DNA from: Candidatus Woesearchaeota archaeon | GTDB lineage: Archaea; Nanobdellota; Nanobdellia; Woesearchaeales; UBA12501 | DNA length: 64,000 nt | Direction: 5' to 3' | Assembly: GCA_030651375.1 (NCBI GenBank) | Contig: JAUSFM010000014.1 | Coordinates: forward strand, 89,630 to 153,629 | Shown: one piece after another, positions 18,972-28,874 of the stretch | Numbering within the stretch: the first letter of the stretch is position 1 | Layout: each line of letters starts with the position of its first letter | Notes under the pieces: model-generated | What the model saw: the letters and a program-made list of their open reading frames with translations, nothing else | Databases searched by the model: none | Told to the model about the DNA's origin: nothing | Program-made: the position numbers and the translations under genes

Positions 18972-20738
18972 ATGAAATACGCCTTCCTCGTTGAACTGTA
19001 CGAACAGCTGGAACAAACAGCCAAGCGCCTTGAAAAAACACGCGAGCTTTCGCTGTTTCTGAGAAAAGTGCCGGAGGATGACCTTGATAGCATTGCGCTT
19101 CTGCTGCAGGGAAGAATCTTTCCAGCGCACGACGAAAATACTATCGGCGTTGCTGCGCGACTTGTGCTTAAGGCAATCAGTGTAGCCACTGGCATCGACC
19201 AAACAAAAGTGGAGAAGGAATGGAAAAAAACTGGCGACCTCGGCGTCACTGCCGAGCATTTGACCACCGGAAAAAAACAGCGCACGCTCGTCAGCAGCCA
19301 TCTCACCGTGCGCAAAGTGTTTGAGAACCTAAGAAAGCTTGCCACCATTGAAGGTGAAGGAACGGTTGATAAAAAAATGCAGTTGATTGCAGAACTGCTC
19401 ACCAGCGCCGAGCCGAAAGAAGCGAAATATATCATACGCACAGTACTTGAAGACCTGCGCGTTGGTGTGGGTGATGGAACGCTGCGCGATGCGATTGTGT
19501 GGGCGTTCTTTGAAAGCGAAACAAAACTTAACTACGACGAAAAAGAAAAAACAATCACGCCGGAAAATCGTGAGGAGTACAACAAGCTCGTCGCCGCAGT
19601 GCAGAAAGCATACGACGTCACTGCTGATTTTGGTGCGGTTGCGCTCAACGCAAAAACCAAAGGCCTTAAAGGCATTGAAAAAGCAGACATCACCATTGGC
19701 AAGCCGCTCAAGGTGATGCTGTTTCAGAAAGCAGACGACCTCAAAGATGCGTTTGAACGGGTGGGAAAGCCGGCAGCGTTTGAATTCAAATACGACGGCT
19801 TCCGCCTCCAAGTCCATAAAAAAGGAGGTGTCATAAAACTATTCACCCGTCGGCTTGATGAAGTAACACGGCAATTTCCTGATGTGGTTGACGCGGTTGC
19901 AAAACACGCCAAAAGCGATAATTTTATTCTCGACGCTGAAGCAGTTGGCTTTGACCAAAAAACAAAAAAATACCTTCCATTTCAGAGTATCTCGCAGAGA
20001 ATCAAGCGCAAGTATGACATCAAAGAAATTGCAGAAAAATTTCCCGTCGAGCTCAACGTATTTGACCTCATGGCCTACAACGGCGAAAATGTGATGGACA
20101 AGCCGTTTATTGAGCGCCGCAAGCTCATTGAAAAAGTTGTTTCATCCACCAAATCAAAAATTGTTGTTGCTAAACATATTATCACGAGCGACTTGAAAGA
20201 AGCGCAGAAATTTTACGAGGAAAGCTTGGCCCACGGCGAAGAAGGTGTCATGGCAAAAAATTTGGAAGGTATCTACAAGCCCGGCTCGCGGGTTGGCTTT
20301 GGCGTGAAAGTCAAGCCGACCATGGAAACGCTGGACTTGGTGATTGTGGGCGCGGAGTGGGGTGAAGGAAAACGCAGCGAATGGCTGAGCAGTTTTACCC
20401 TTGCGTGCCAAGACGATGATGGAAAACTGCTGGAAATCGGCAAGGTCGGCACGGGCATCAAGGAACTTGAACAAGAGGAAGGCGGCGACGTGACATTTGA
20501 CGATTTGACCAAAGAATTGAAACCCGCAATTATCGAGGAGAAAGGCAAGGAAGTCAAAGTAAAGCCAAAACTGGTGATCGAAGTTGCATTCGAGGAAATC
20601 CAGAAAAGCCCGACGTATTCATCTGGTTACGCATTACGATTTCCACGGCTGATTCGCCTGCGCGAAGACAAGTCAAAAGCAGATATTTCGACGATAACAC
20701 AGGTGGAGAAGGCGTATAAAGGACAACGGGGACGGTAG
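18972..20738 (+). CDS. lig: ATP-dependent DNA ligase
   Basis: EFKYDGFR adenylation motif, EGVMAK, ALRFPR. Confidence 0.96.
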   Translation: MKYAFLVELYEQLEQTAKRLEKTRELSLFLRKVPEDDLDSIALLLQGRIFPAHDENTIGVAARLVLKAISVATGIDQTKVEKEWKKTGDLGVTAEHLTTGKKQRTLVSSHLTVRKVFENLRKLATIEGEGTVDKKMQLIAELLTSAEPKEAKYIIRTVLEDLRVGVGDGTLRDAIVWAFFESETKLNYDEKEKTITPENREEYNKLVAAVQKAYDVTADFGAVALNAKTKGLKGIEKADITIGKPLKVMLFQKADDLKDAFERVGKPAAFEFKYDGFRLQVHKKGGVIKLFTRRLDEVTRQFPDVVDAVAKHAKSDNFILDAEAVGFDQKTKKYLPFQSISQRIKRKYDIKEIAEKFPVELNVFDLMAYNGENVMDKPFIERRKLIEKVVSSTKSKIVVAKHIITSDLKEAQKFYEESLAHGEEGVMAKNLEGIYKPGSRVGFGVKVKPTMETLDLVIVGAEWGEGKRSEWLSSFTLACQDDDGKLLEIGKVGTGIKELEQEEGGDVTFDDLTKELKPAIIEEKGKEVKVKPKLVIEVAFEEIQKSPTYSSGYALRFPRLIRLREDKSKADISTITQVEKAYKGQRGR

Positions 20739-20744
20739 GAATAA

Positions 20745-20993
20745 TTATTTTCTTTTCTTCCGCTCGCTCAGCTTCACCATCTTTGCCAGCGCCACAACAC
20801 CCCAGACCACTTGCAGAATAATAAACGGCATGCTCTTGAGCGAGTAGGAGTAGTACGCCAACGCCGCAGCGCCGACCAGATTTAACAGATTGTATTCATA
20901 CGTGTCAGTTGCTTCGTAGAATTCATCCCAGAAAAAGGCAATCAGGATACACACGAGACCAACGCTGCCGATATAGATTGGCTCAATGATCAT
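20745..20993 (-). CDS. small membrane protein (CBU_0592-like)
   Basis: YNLLNLVGA..L.YYS....PFIILQVVW pattern. Confidence 0.7.
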   Translation of the reverse strand: MIIEPIYIGSVGLVCILIAFFWDEFYEATDTYEYNLLNLVGAAALAYYSYSLKSMPFIILQVVWGVVALAKMVKLSERKKRK

Positions 20994-21529
20994 GCGCGGC
21001 CTCCTTCACCGTAATGTTCGGCAACATCGCTGATGGACCATGGCTTGCAGTCGTCTTTTCTGAAGCCCAGCTTTTTCGCCAGCGCGTAGATTTTCGGCAG
21101 TGACGCTGATTTGACTTCGAGAAACACGGGAATAAAGCGGTGCGCATCGAGATGCTTGTCAATCTGAACTATACAGCCCTTGAGGGAGTACATGGTTCTG
21201 TGTTTTTTCATCACCCACCACGGCGTGCACCCCAGACTTTCCAGCAGTGCTTTTGCCGCGGCAAAATCAGAAACAACAATTTTATGCTCCTTAAACACGC
21301 GGCCCGGGCCGTTACGAAGGTTCTGCTTAAACGTGAGTGTCGCAGTTTTTCCTTCCTGCCGGAGGCGAAGGGTCTGCTTTAGTTTGCGCAACTGTTCGTC
21401 TTCATAATCATAGAAAAGGGAATGGCTCATGCCGTCAAACAATTTCTTCGCACCGATTTTTTTCAGCCGTTGTTCGACGTTCTTTCGATTAATGCCGAGA
21501 ATTTTTACTTCGACCTCTTTCATGGACAT
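20990..21529 (-). CDS. CYTH domain protein (class IV adenylate cyclase-like)
   Basis: EVEVK, LRLR, LTFK, KHR..Y motifs; some acidic positions are Lys. Confidence 0.8.
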   Translation of the reverse strand: MSMKEVEVKILGINRKNVEQRLKKIGAKKLFDGMSHSLFYDYEDEQLRKLKQTLRLRQEGKTATLTFKQNLRNGPGRVFKEHKIVVSDFAAAKALLESLGCTPWWVMKKHRTMYSLKGCIVQIDKHLDAHRFIPVFLEVKSASLPKIYALAKKLGFRKDDCKPWSISDVAEHYGEGGRA

Positions 21530-21558
21530 ATCATACGAAGAAGTTTATATAAATGTTA

Positions 21559-22185
21559 TTAAATGTTCTTTGGCTTTTTCCAGTCCACTAATTCCCCTGC
21601 TTTTCGCTCAATCATATCTGCTGGACGGAGAAGGGCAATCTGGGAACGAGAGAGAATGGAAACGTGCGGCATACGAGCGAGATACTGGGAAATATACCAC
21701 ACATCATCTGGCGAGGTCATCCATCCGCGCGCATCAAAACGAGACAAATGCACCGGGCCTGCATAGGAGCGAAGCGTTTTTCTTCCATCGTGGTTGGTGA
21801 AATATTCGTGAAAGTATGACATCACCAACTCGCGAATTGTTTTGTACACCGGCTCACGGTAGCGAAGCACGGCATGGTTTGTTTTTGAAATGGCGCCCCA
21901 GCATCCATTCTGTTTAAAGACGGCAATAACATGGTCTTCATCGTTCTTTGTTGCCACCATATCAACGATCAGGGGCGGATGGCCGTGAAAGCGTAACGCA
22001 GCTGCAGCAAATAATGCTCCTTCCATACAGTGTGCCTGGCGGTGCTTGAGCACCATACGGGGAGAATAGAGTGTTTCTCCGTGTGTTTCGAAATTGATGG
22101 GAATCCGGTTGAGAAAATCCTGAATTTTTGCAGGGGTGGATAGTTTTTTTAAAATGGCTTGTTCTGCAGGAGTAAAATCGAACAT
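21559..22185 (-). CDS. conserved transglutaminase-like protein
   Basis: AHCMEGALFAAA, DHVIAVF, WGAISKTN motifs (putative Cys-His catalytic pair). Confidence 0.7.
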   Translation of the reverse strand: MFDFTPAEQAILKKLSTPAKIQDFLNRIPINFETHGETLYSPRMVLKHRQAHCMEGALFAAAALRFHGHPPLIVDMVATKNDEDHVIAVFKQNGCWGAISKTNHAVLRYREPVYKTIRELVMSYFHEYFTNHDGRKTLRSYAGPVHLSRFDARGWMTSPDDVWYISQYLARMPHVSILSRSQIALLRPADMIERKAGELVDWKKPKNI

Positions 22186-22259
22186 GTGATTATTATAAGA
22201 TGAGGAGTATATTAAAGTTGTTTTTTTGGTAACAAAATAAAAAGATAAAGAACTTAGGT

Positions 22260-25200
22260 TTAACTACATCCCATTGAATTTCCACACGACAGGCATTTGT
22301 AACACGTCCCGCTCCGCACCGTAATGTGACCGCAGGTGTTGCACGCAGGCGCATCGCCCATAAGTGTGCTCATTTGTTTGCTCAAGGCGCCGTCGGTAGT
22401 CGGTTGTGGTACGCCTGAAGTCGAAGAGTGTACTTCCGGTTTCTGTTCTTTCTCAGCCGGTTTCACATGCGCCAAGTCGGTTCTGCCCAAATATTCAAGC
22501 GCAAGCACGCGCATGACAAAATCAATAATGCTTGTTGACGTCTTGATATTCGGATGGTCGGTCATGCCTGCCGGTTCGAAGCGCATAAACGTTAGTTCAT
22601 CAACATACTTGTCCATCGGAATGTTGTGTTGTAATCCGATATTGACTGCTTTAGCAACACAGTTGATGAGGCTGCGCAGTGTTGACCCTTCTTTATGCAT
22701 CTCGACGAAAAATTCTGCAAGGCTGCCGTCATCAAATTCACTCGTCAAAATCTTGAGGTTCTGGCCGGCAACGCTGGATTCAACCGTCAATCCGCGCCGG
22801 CGCTTCGGAAGCGTGCGCAGAGCTGCAGCGACGGATTTTTTTACTTCATCCTTTTCCGTTTTCTGCGCAGTGAGCGGTTGTGACTGCTTGCAACCGTCAC
22901 GGTACAAGGCAATTGCTTTTAATCCGAGCTTCCACGCCTCGATGTAAATTTTTTCAATGTCTTCAACGCTTGCTTCGTTGGGAATGTTAACGGTCTTTGA
23001 AATCGCGCCGGAAATGAACGGCTGCACTGCTGCCATCATCTTGACGTGCCCCATGGGCGCAATGAACCTTGTTCCACTGCCGCACTTATTGGCGCAGTCA
23101 AAGACAGCAACGTGCTCGGGCTTGAGGTGGGGCGCTCCTTCAACGGTTTGCGCGCCGCTCACATAAATCATGGCCTCGTTGATGTGCTGGGTGGTAAAGC
23201 CCCGCTTCTTGAGTTCGGGAATGTTGATGTTGGGTGTCCAGTCATCAAGACTTTTCATCTGTGCGATATAGTCTGCGGCTTCTTTGATTTGAGGGGCAGT
23301 GAATCCGCGTGCTACAAGCGCGCTTGGATTAATGTGAGGAGCTCCTTCGAGTGTGCCTCTTCCGACAATGTAACTTTTTATGTCATCAATCTGGAGCGCA
23401 TCATAGCCGAGTTTTTTCAGGGCGGTGATGATGGAGTTGTTGATAATCTTGAAGTAGCCGCCGCCTGCCAGTTTTTTCCATTTGACGAGGGAGAATTCCG
23501 GCTCAACACCAGTGGTGTCGCAGTCCATGAGCAGGCCGATTGTGCCAGTGGGGGCGATAACGGTTACCTGCGCGTTTCTGAATCCGTATTTTTCGCCGAG
23601 CGTGACCGCGGCGTCCCAGCTTTCCCGCGCTGCATTGAGCAAATTTTCCGGACAGTACCGCACGTCGATTTTGTAGGCCTCTTCGCGGTGCTTGTTGATG
23701 ACACGCAGCATGGGTTCCCGATTTGACGCGTAACCGTCAAACGGCCCGAGCAGGCCGGAAAGATGTGCGGATGCTTCATAGCCCGTGCCGCACATGATGG
23801 CGGTAATGGCGCCTGAAATCGCGCGGGCTTTATCACTATCATAGGGAATGCCATTGACCATCAGCAGGGTGCCGAGGTTTGCATAGCCCAGTCCCAGGGT
23901 TCGATATTGGTGGCTGCGCTCTGCAATTGCTTTTGTCGGATATGATGACATGCTCACAATGATTTCTTGCGCCGTGATAAATATCTTGCAGGCGTGTTCA
24001 AATGTTTCAATGTCAATCAAATTGCCGTCGTCAGAGGCGAATTTCATCAGGTTGATTGACGCAAGATTGCAGGCGGTGTTGTCGAGGAACATGTATTCGC
24101 TGCAGGGATTTGATGCATAGATTTTGTCAGAATTGGGGCAGGTGTGCCAGTCGTTGATAATCGTGTCGAACTGCACGCCGGGGTCGGCGCAGACCCATGC
24201 TGCTTCGCACACCATCTTCATGAGGTCGCGGGCTTTGTATTCTTTGTATATTTTTCCCGTGGTGCGTGAGGTAGTTGCCCATGAGCCGTTGTTGAGCATG
24301 GAGTTCATGAAGTCGTCGGTCAGCCGAACAGAGTTGTTTGAGTTCTGGCCGGAAACTGTTTGGTATGCTTCACCGTTAAAGTCAGCAGGGTATCCCGCGG
24401 CGATGAGGGCGTGCACTTTTTTTTCTTCGCGCACTTTCCAGAGGATGAAGTCTTCGATTTCAGGGTGGTCCATGTCGAGGCACACCATTTTTGCGGCGCG
24501 CCGCGTGGTGCCACCAGATTTTGTTGCGCCTGCGCCGGTGTCAAACACTTTGAGGAATGACATGAGGCCGGATGAGGTTCCTCCTCCTGACAGCTTTTCA
24601 TATTTTGAGCGGATTTTTGAAAAGTTGCTGCCCGTTCCTGAACCGAACTTGAACAGCCGCGCTTCTGCTTTCAGCAGGTCGAACATGCTCATGAGGTCGT
24701 CTTCAACCGGCTGGATGAAACAAGCTGAACATTGCGGCCGGCTGTACGCGTCTTCAGTCATTTTTACCTGGTGCAATTGTTCGTCATAGTACCAGTTTCC
24801 GCCGCTGCTCGTGATGCCGTATTTGTGGAGCCCACAATTGAACCAGACTGGAGAATTAAACGCGCCTTTTTGGGTGATAAGGAGGTTGGTGAGCTCTGCT
24901 TCAAACGTATCTGCTTCTTCTTTGGTTGCAAAGTAGCCGTGCACTTCGCCGGCTTCTCTCAGTGTGTTTGCAATTCTGAACACGAGCTGGCGGGCGCTGG
25001 ATTCAGAGCCCGTGCCGGGAACACCGGCCTTGCGGAAATATTTTGATGCGGCAATATCAGTAGCAAGCTGGGACCAGGTGCTCGGCACTTCGCAGTCCGC
25101 CATTTCAAAAACAACTTTGCCGGTTGGCTCTTTGATGAGTGAGGTGCGCTTGACATAGGTTTGCTCATCTAATGGATTGATGCCTGGCGTGGAAAAAAAA

Positions 25201-25310
25201 CGACGGAGAAAGCGAAGGGATGAAGCTGAAGAATCAACAGACGACAGGGACGATGAAGAGATTGATTGAGAAGATTGAGAAAATGTTTCACTCTGTACCT
25301 TGGCTGCCAT
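22260..25310 (-). CDS. nrdJ: class II (B12-dependent) ribonucleotide reductase
   Basis: FNSPVWFN, QCSACFI, SNPCSE, IAPTGT, SGAISKTVN, YRDG and C-terminal CxxC...CxxC. Confidence 0.95.
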   Translation of the reverse strand: MAAKVQSETFSQSSQSISSSSLSSVDSSASSLRFLRRFFSTPGINPLDEQTYVKRTSLIKEPTGKVVFEMADCEVPSTWSQLATDIAASKYFRKAGVPGTGSESSARQLVFRIANTLREAGEVHGYFATKEEADTFEAELTNLLITQKGAFNSPVWFNCGLHKYGITSSGGNWYYDEQLHQVKMTEDAYSRPQCSACFIQPVEDDLMSMFDLLKAEARLFKFGSGTGSNFSKIRSKYEKLSGGGTSSGLMSFLKVFDTGAGATKSGGTTRRAAKMVCLDMDHPEIEDFILWKVREEKKVHALIAAGYPADFNGEAYQTVSGQNSNNSVRLTDDFMNSMLNNGSWATTSRTTGKIYKEYKARDLMKMVCEAAWVCADPGVQFDTIINDWHTCPNSDKIYASNPCSEYMFLDNTACNLASINLMKFASDDGNLIDIETFEHACKIFITAQEIIVSMSSYPTKAIAERSHQYRTLGLGYANLGTLLMVNGIPYDSDKARAISGAITAIMCGTGYEASAHLSGLLGPFDGYASNREPMLRVINKHREEAYKIDVRYCPENLLNAARESWDAAVTLGEKYGFRNAQVTVIAPTGTIGLLMDCDTTGVEPEFSLVKWKKLAGGGYFKIINNSIITALKKLGYDALQIDDIKSYIVGRGTLEGAPHINPSALVARGFTAPQIKEAADYIAQMKSLDDWTPNINIPELKKRGFTTQHINEAMIYVSGAQTVEGAPHLKPEHVAVFDCANKCGSGTRFIAPMGHVKMMAAVQPFISGAISKTVNIPNEASVEDIEKIYIEAWKLGLKAIALYRDGCKQSQPLTAQKTEKDEVKKSVAAALRTLPKRRRGLTVESSVAGQNLKILTSEFDDGSLAEFFVEMHKEGSTLRSLINCVAKAVNIGLQHNIPMDKYVDELTFMRFEPAGMTDHPNIKTSTSIIDFVMRVLALEYLGRTDLAHVKPAEKEQKPEVHSSTSGVPQPTTDGALSKQMSTLMGDAPACNTCGHITVRSGTCYKCLSCGNSMGCS

Positions 25311-25368
25311 AGTATCACCTACTTTGGGTTTGATTGATGGATTGAGTATCCCTGCAAAATTCCGCTAA

Positions 25369-25417
25369 AATCAACATATTGTGTTGTTTTTTTGCAAAAC
25401 ACCACAACATCTTGTGT
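25369..25417. promoter_or_regulatory. tandem NrdR boxes upstream of nrdJ
   Basis: AATCAACATATTGTGT (25369-84) and CCACAACATCTTGTGT (25402-17) match acaCwAtATaTwGtgt; starts 33 bp apart. Confidence 0.75.
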
Positions 25418-25580
25418 TTCGGCGTATACGATGGGTCGCGTTTGTCCTATTTAAAGTTTATTATTCCGGAAATTCCATTTATAAAATTGATATACTGGAA
25501 AATATATATTAAAAAAGCGATGTAACTTTGTGAGTGTAAAAACGACAGAAAAGTCACGTTCAGGTCACGCTCGATGGCGA

Positions 25581-26402
25581 TTACTTCACCGCTCGAATGC
25601 CGGAAGCGTCCTCATGATACTCAACGTTCCGAAACCCTGCTTCTTTCAGATGATTGAGTATGGAAAGATAAAATTGTTTTCCTTTGGTCTTGTCCGGCAT
25701 CGGCGCATAGTGGTAGAGAATGCCGTGAGGAACAAGAACGCGGTACAACTGCTCATAAAATAAGGGATGATAAAGTTCCGGCGCACGGGTGAAGGTGGGA
25801 GGGTCATGCACAATGCGCTGGAAAAAATTGTTTTTGAAGCTACGAATGCCTGATGAGATGTCTTCTTCATGCACCTGAATTTTTTTATTCGTAAAAAGTT
25901 CCTGTGAATAGGGATTGTATTCTGCCAAGCGCAGCACATTGCTGTCTTTTTCAAAGGTGTGCACCTCATCGGCAAACCGCGCCGCCCAGATCGCTGTGTA
26001 TCCGGCGCCGCCGCAGGTGTCTAAGACAATTCCTTTGATGGGGTCGATGAGCTTCATTTTTCTTTTGGTGTCCTCTTTCGGCGAAATATGCGTCGAACGG
26101 TGCATGGGCGTTGATGACAGGGTGAAAGTTGGCCAGTCGGTTGTGGGGACAAGCTTGTAATACGTCTGCGTCTCATCAGAAAAAAAAGCAATGCGCTTTA
26201 CCTGATTGTCTTCAAGCGCATAGAGAAAATGCTCCTTGAGATTTTTGAAGTCGTTTTGGGGAATTTTTTGGCCAGCAATATCGACGACAGTGCGGCTTAT
26301 TTGTATCGTTGTTTGAGATTTTCCAAGGTCGAGAGAAACCGTGATTTCTTCTTTCGCTGCTGCGATTGTATCAGCGATTTTTTTGGTTATGACGAGCACC
26401 AT
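25581..26402 (-). CDS. class I SAM-dependent methyltransferase (archaeal COG2521-like)
   Basis: VLDTCGGAGYTA, FEKD and VHDPP motifs. Confidence 0.85.
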   Translation of the reverse strand: MVLVITKKIADTIAAAKEEITVSLDLGKSQTTIQISRTVVDIAGQKIPQNDFKNLKEHFLYALEDNQVKRIAFFSDETQTYYKLVPTTDWPTFTLSSTPMHRSTHISPKEDTKRKMKLIDPIKGIVLDTCGGAGYTAIWAARFADEVHTFEKDSNVLRLAEYNPYSQELFTNKKIQVHEEDISSGIRSFKNNFFQRIVHDPPTFTRAPELYHPLFYEQLYRVLVPHGILYHYAPMPDKTKGKQFYLSILNHLKEAGFRNVEYHEDASGIRAVK

Positions 26403-26412
26403 GGTACACATC

Positions 26413-27555
26413 CTATTGCAGAAATACGCGCTTGGTAATAATCGTCGCATAGCTTCCTTTGGGAAGGGTGAACGAGAACGTTGTTTTATATTTGGTGTTG
26501 TTCAATTCATCCAACGCTGGCTTGGTCATGGAAAAATCGCGCGGTGTTACCAATACCGGCCGCTCGCCGGGCTTGAAGAAGGTGCCGCTTTCTGCTTTGA
26601 TGTCAAAATCGGTGAGGGTGAAGGATTCTTTTTTCAGGATATGGTCAACAACCTGTTTCTCTGCGTCAGTCAGTTTTATGATCGGAGTGATGAGTGGAAA
26701 TCGTTTGGGAATTTTTTTCTTTTGGTCATCCGAGAGGGTGGTGTAAAAAGAATGGTCGCCCACTTTGTAGGGAACGCAGATGAATTCTTCGCATTGTTTT
26801 TCGACAATTGAGCGTATGCACTCGTTCCATACATAACTCTGGTAGGCTGCGACAAACATCTGGCGCAGATTGAGCGGGATTTGTTTGTATGCTTCTTTCC
26901 AGCTTTTGGTTTTCGCGTAGGCGACTTGTATCCGCTGGAATGATTTGTTTGCCAGCGTGAGCGTGCCGAATTTCTCCCACTGCTGTTTGATGAGCCGTTT
27001 TTCCGTCTTTACCGTGAGCGCTTCATGCCGTGAATATTCTGTAAGAAATAATTTGACCGCCCCTTCATGGTTCTTTTTCATGATTTCTTTGGCAATGAAT
27101 TTTTTTTCGATCACACTGCCGAAGCGCTGGCTGTCAAAGTAATTTGGCACGCCGAATGTTAGTTCTCCGGCCCGGTCCAGCACCGCATCGAGATCTGGTT
27201 CGGGGATGTCACGCACCGTGATGGTGAATTTGTTTCCGCGAAGATCTCCGATTTTCAGCGGGGCGTCCGTGTATCCGACACGGGTGAGCGAGAAATTGTT
27301 TTCTTTGGTGTTTGGTATCTGTTTTTGCTTCGGCAGGGTCATGTACTGCTTTGAAACCGCGTGCCTGTCCTTCAGTCCGGCAACGCCGAAATCAGTAATG
27401 GGAATATTATTTTTTCGCGCAAGGTGCTTGATGAGCGCAAAGGTTTCCATGCCCTTCTTTTCGAGCAGATAGAGGCAATACCTGCCATCTTTTTCGGTTG
27501 TGCGGCTGGCGATTTCTTCGACTTTGAAGTCATCGGGCTGCTGGCGGAGTTTCAT
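26413..27555 (-). CDS. truD: tRNA pseudouridine(13) synthase
   Basis: DFKVEE, AGLKDRHA, GNKF, PNYFDSQRFG, AYQSY.WN and LPKGSYAT motifs. Confidence 0.95.
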   Translation of the reverse strand: MKLRQQPDDFKVEEIASRTTEKDGRYCLYLLEKKGMETFALIKHLARKNNIPITDFGVAGLKDRHAVSKQYMTLPKQKQIPNTKENNFSLTRVGYTDAPLKIGDLRGNKFTITVRDIPEPDLDAVLDRAGELTFGVPNYFDSQRFGSVIEKKFIAKEIMKKNHEGAVKLFLTEYSRHEALTVKTEKRLIKQQWEKFGTLTLANKSFQRIQVAYAKTKSWKEAYKQIPLNLRQMFVAAYQSYVWNECIRSIVEKQCEEFICVPYKVGDHSFYTTLSDDQKKKIPKRFPLITPIIKLTDAEKQVVDHILKKESFTLTDFDIKAESGTFFKPGERPVLVTPRDFSMTKPALDELNNTKYKTTFSFTLPKGSYATIITKRVFLQ

Positions 27556-27604
27556 AGAGGTATCAGAACAGGGGTGATATTAAAGAGTATCGGTACGTGC
27601 AGGA

Positions 27605-28870
27605 TTATTTTTTTTGCCCACACGCTGTCTGTAACACTGTTGCCAAAACCATCCCGGCATAATACGCCCGTTCAGGCGTTTCTTTGGCGGGGCAGATTCT
27701 CATATACCCTGTTCCATGAAGAAGTTCTTCATCCAATAAAGATTTAGGATAGCTGCCTTCAGATGCGCGCTGCACCTTTTCTTCTGAATGAGATATCCAC
27801 TGGATACCCAAGGTCATACCCAGTGTTTCGCTTATCATTTTTTTCGCTTCGAAGTCAACTCGTTGCTTAAAATGAAAGGTCATGATGGGCATGCCAGAAA
27901 ATGCGTGAAAAAAATCCCCATACTGATTATCAGCATCAACACGTTGATATCCTTGTTTGAAGGCTTCTGCGCTTGCCGCAATCACGTCCCTCATTCGGTT
28001 TTCATACCCAAGCGCATGGAGCGCCTGCACCGTGCGCGCGGCTTTGCTTGTGCATCCGTCGCACGCAAGCGTTATTTTCGGGCCTATCGTGAGCCCGTTG
28101 GGAATTAATGACCATGTTGCGCCGAGGCTTCGGGGCCCGAATCGTTTTGATGTTGATTCAACGATGATGCTATTGTGGGAATATTCTGATGATGCATGCC
28201 GAGCGCCCTGCTCTTGCAACCCGCGAAATACGTCATCAAATAGTGGAGTGATGCCATATTTTTCTGCGTGAGTTTCAATACGTTCAATCTGCTCGCGGCT
28301 ATAGCGGTAGCCTAATGGATTCGCCGGATCAACAATAATTAGGCTCGCCCCTTTTCTCAATACCGATTCTGGCGCTTGCTCAAATTTGCCAATCAATTCG
28401 TCCGGTGTTCGCGCAAATATATCAACTGACTCAACACCCGGAACGGGCCCAACAATGGTGTCGAAGATCCAGTTCGGAGATGCGTAAAAAACAAACGGCT
28501 TTTCGGGCGTTACGAGCTCTGCGAGAATTCCCTGTATCGCGTGCCGTGCGCCTTCGGTTGATGCAACAACACGATACCTCGACAAATCAAATGTTGTTTC
28601 TTCTTCAAGAATACGGCGTGCAATGTCTTCGAGCGCCATCGGCTCTGTTTCGTTACACGCCTGATTAAAAACGCCGGCGCGGGTAAGTTCGCGCAGTGCT
28701 TCCCGTTCCTGTTCGTTTATGCCAAAAGGGAGCAGAGGAGTGTTTGCATCGTAAAAATCTAATTGAGGCACGCCAAACCATGTTCCATACATCAAATGCT
28801 CTCCGGGGATGCGCAAAGAAACAAGGTCTCCCGGAAGAGCACCGGTTTCAGGAAGTGGTGTCTCTGCCAT
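27605..28870 (-). CDS. divergent PLP-dependent class I/II aminotransferase-like protein
   Basis: DPANPLG, FDDVFRG and STSKRFG (PLP lysine). Confidence 0.75.
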   Translation of the reverse strand: MAETPLPETGALPGDLVSLRIPGEHLMYGTWFGVPQLDFYDANTPLLPFGINEQEREALRELTRAGVFNQACNETEPMALEDIARRILEEETTFDLSRYRVVASTEGARHAIQGILAELVTPEKPFVFYASPNWIFDTIVGPVPGVESVDIFARTPDELIGKFEQAPESVLRKGASLIIVDPANPLGYRYSREQIERIETHAEKYGITPLFDDVFRGLQEQGARHASSEYSHNSIIVESTSKRFGPRSLGATWSLIPNGLTIGPKITLACDGCTSKAARTVQALHALGYENRMRDVIAASAEAFKQGYQRVDADNQYGDFFHAFSGMPIMTFHFKQRVDFEAKKMISETLGMTLGIQWISHSEEKVQRASEGSYPKSLLDEELLHGTGYMRICPAKETPERAYYAGMVLATVLQTACGQKK

Positions 28871-28874
28871 GAGC

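Noticed and set aside
22260-25310. Intein in NrdJ (also considered for LonB and Cdc6)
   Set aside because: No intein-like splice junctions or homing endonuclease insert seen; protein lengths fit intein-free forms.
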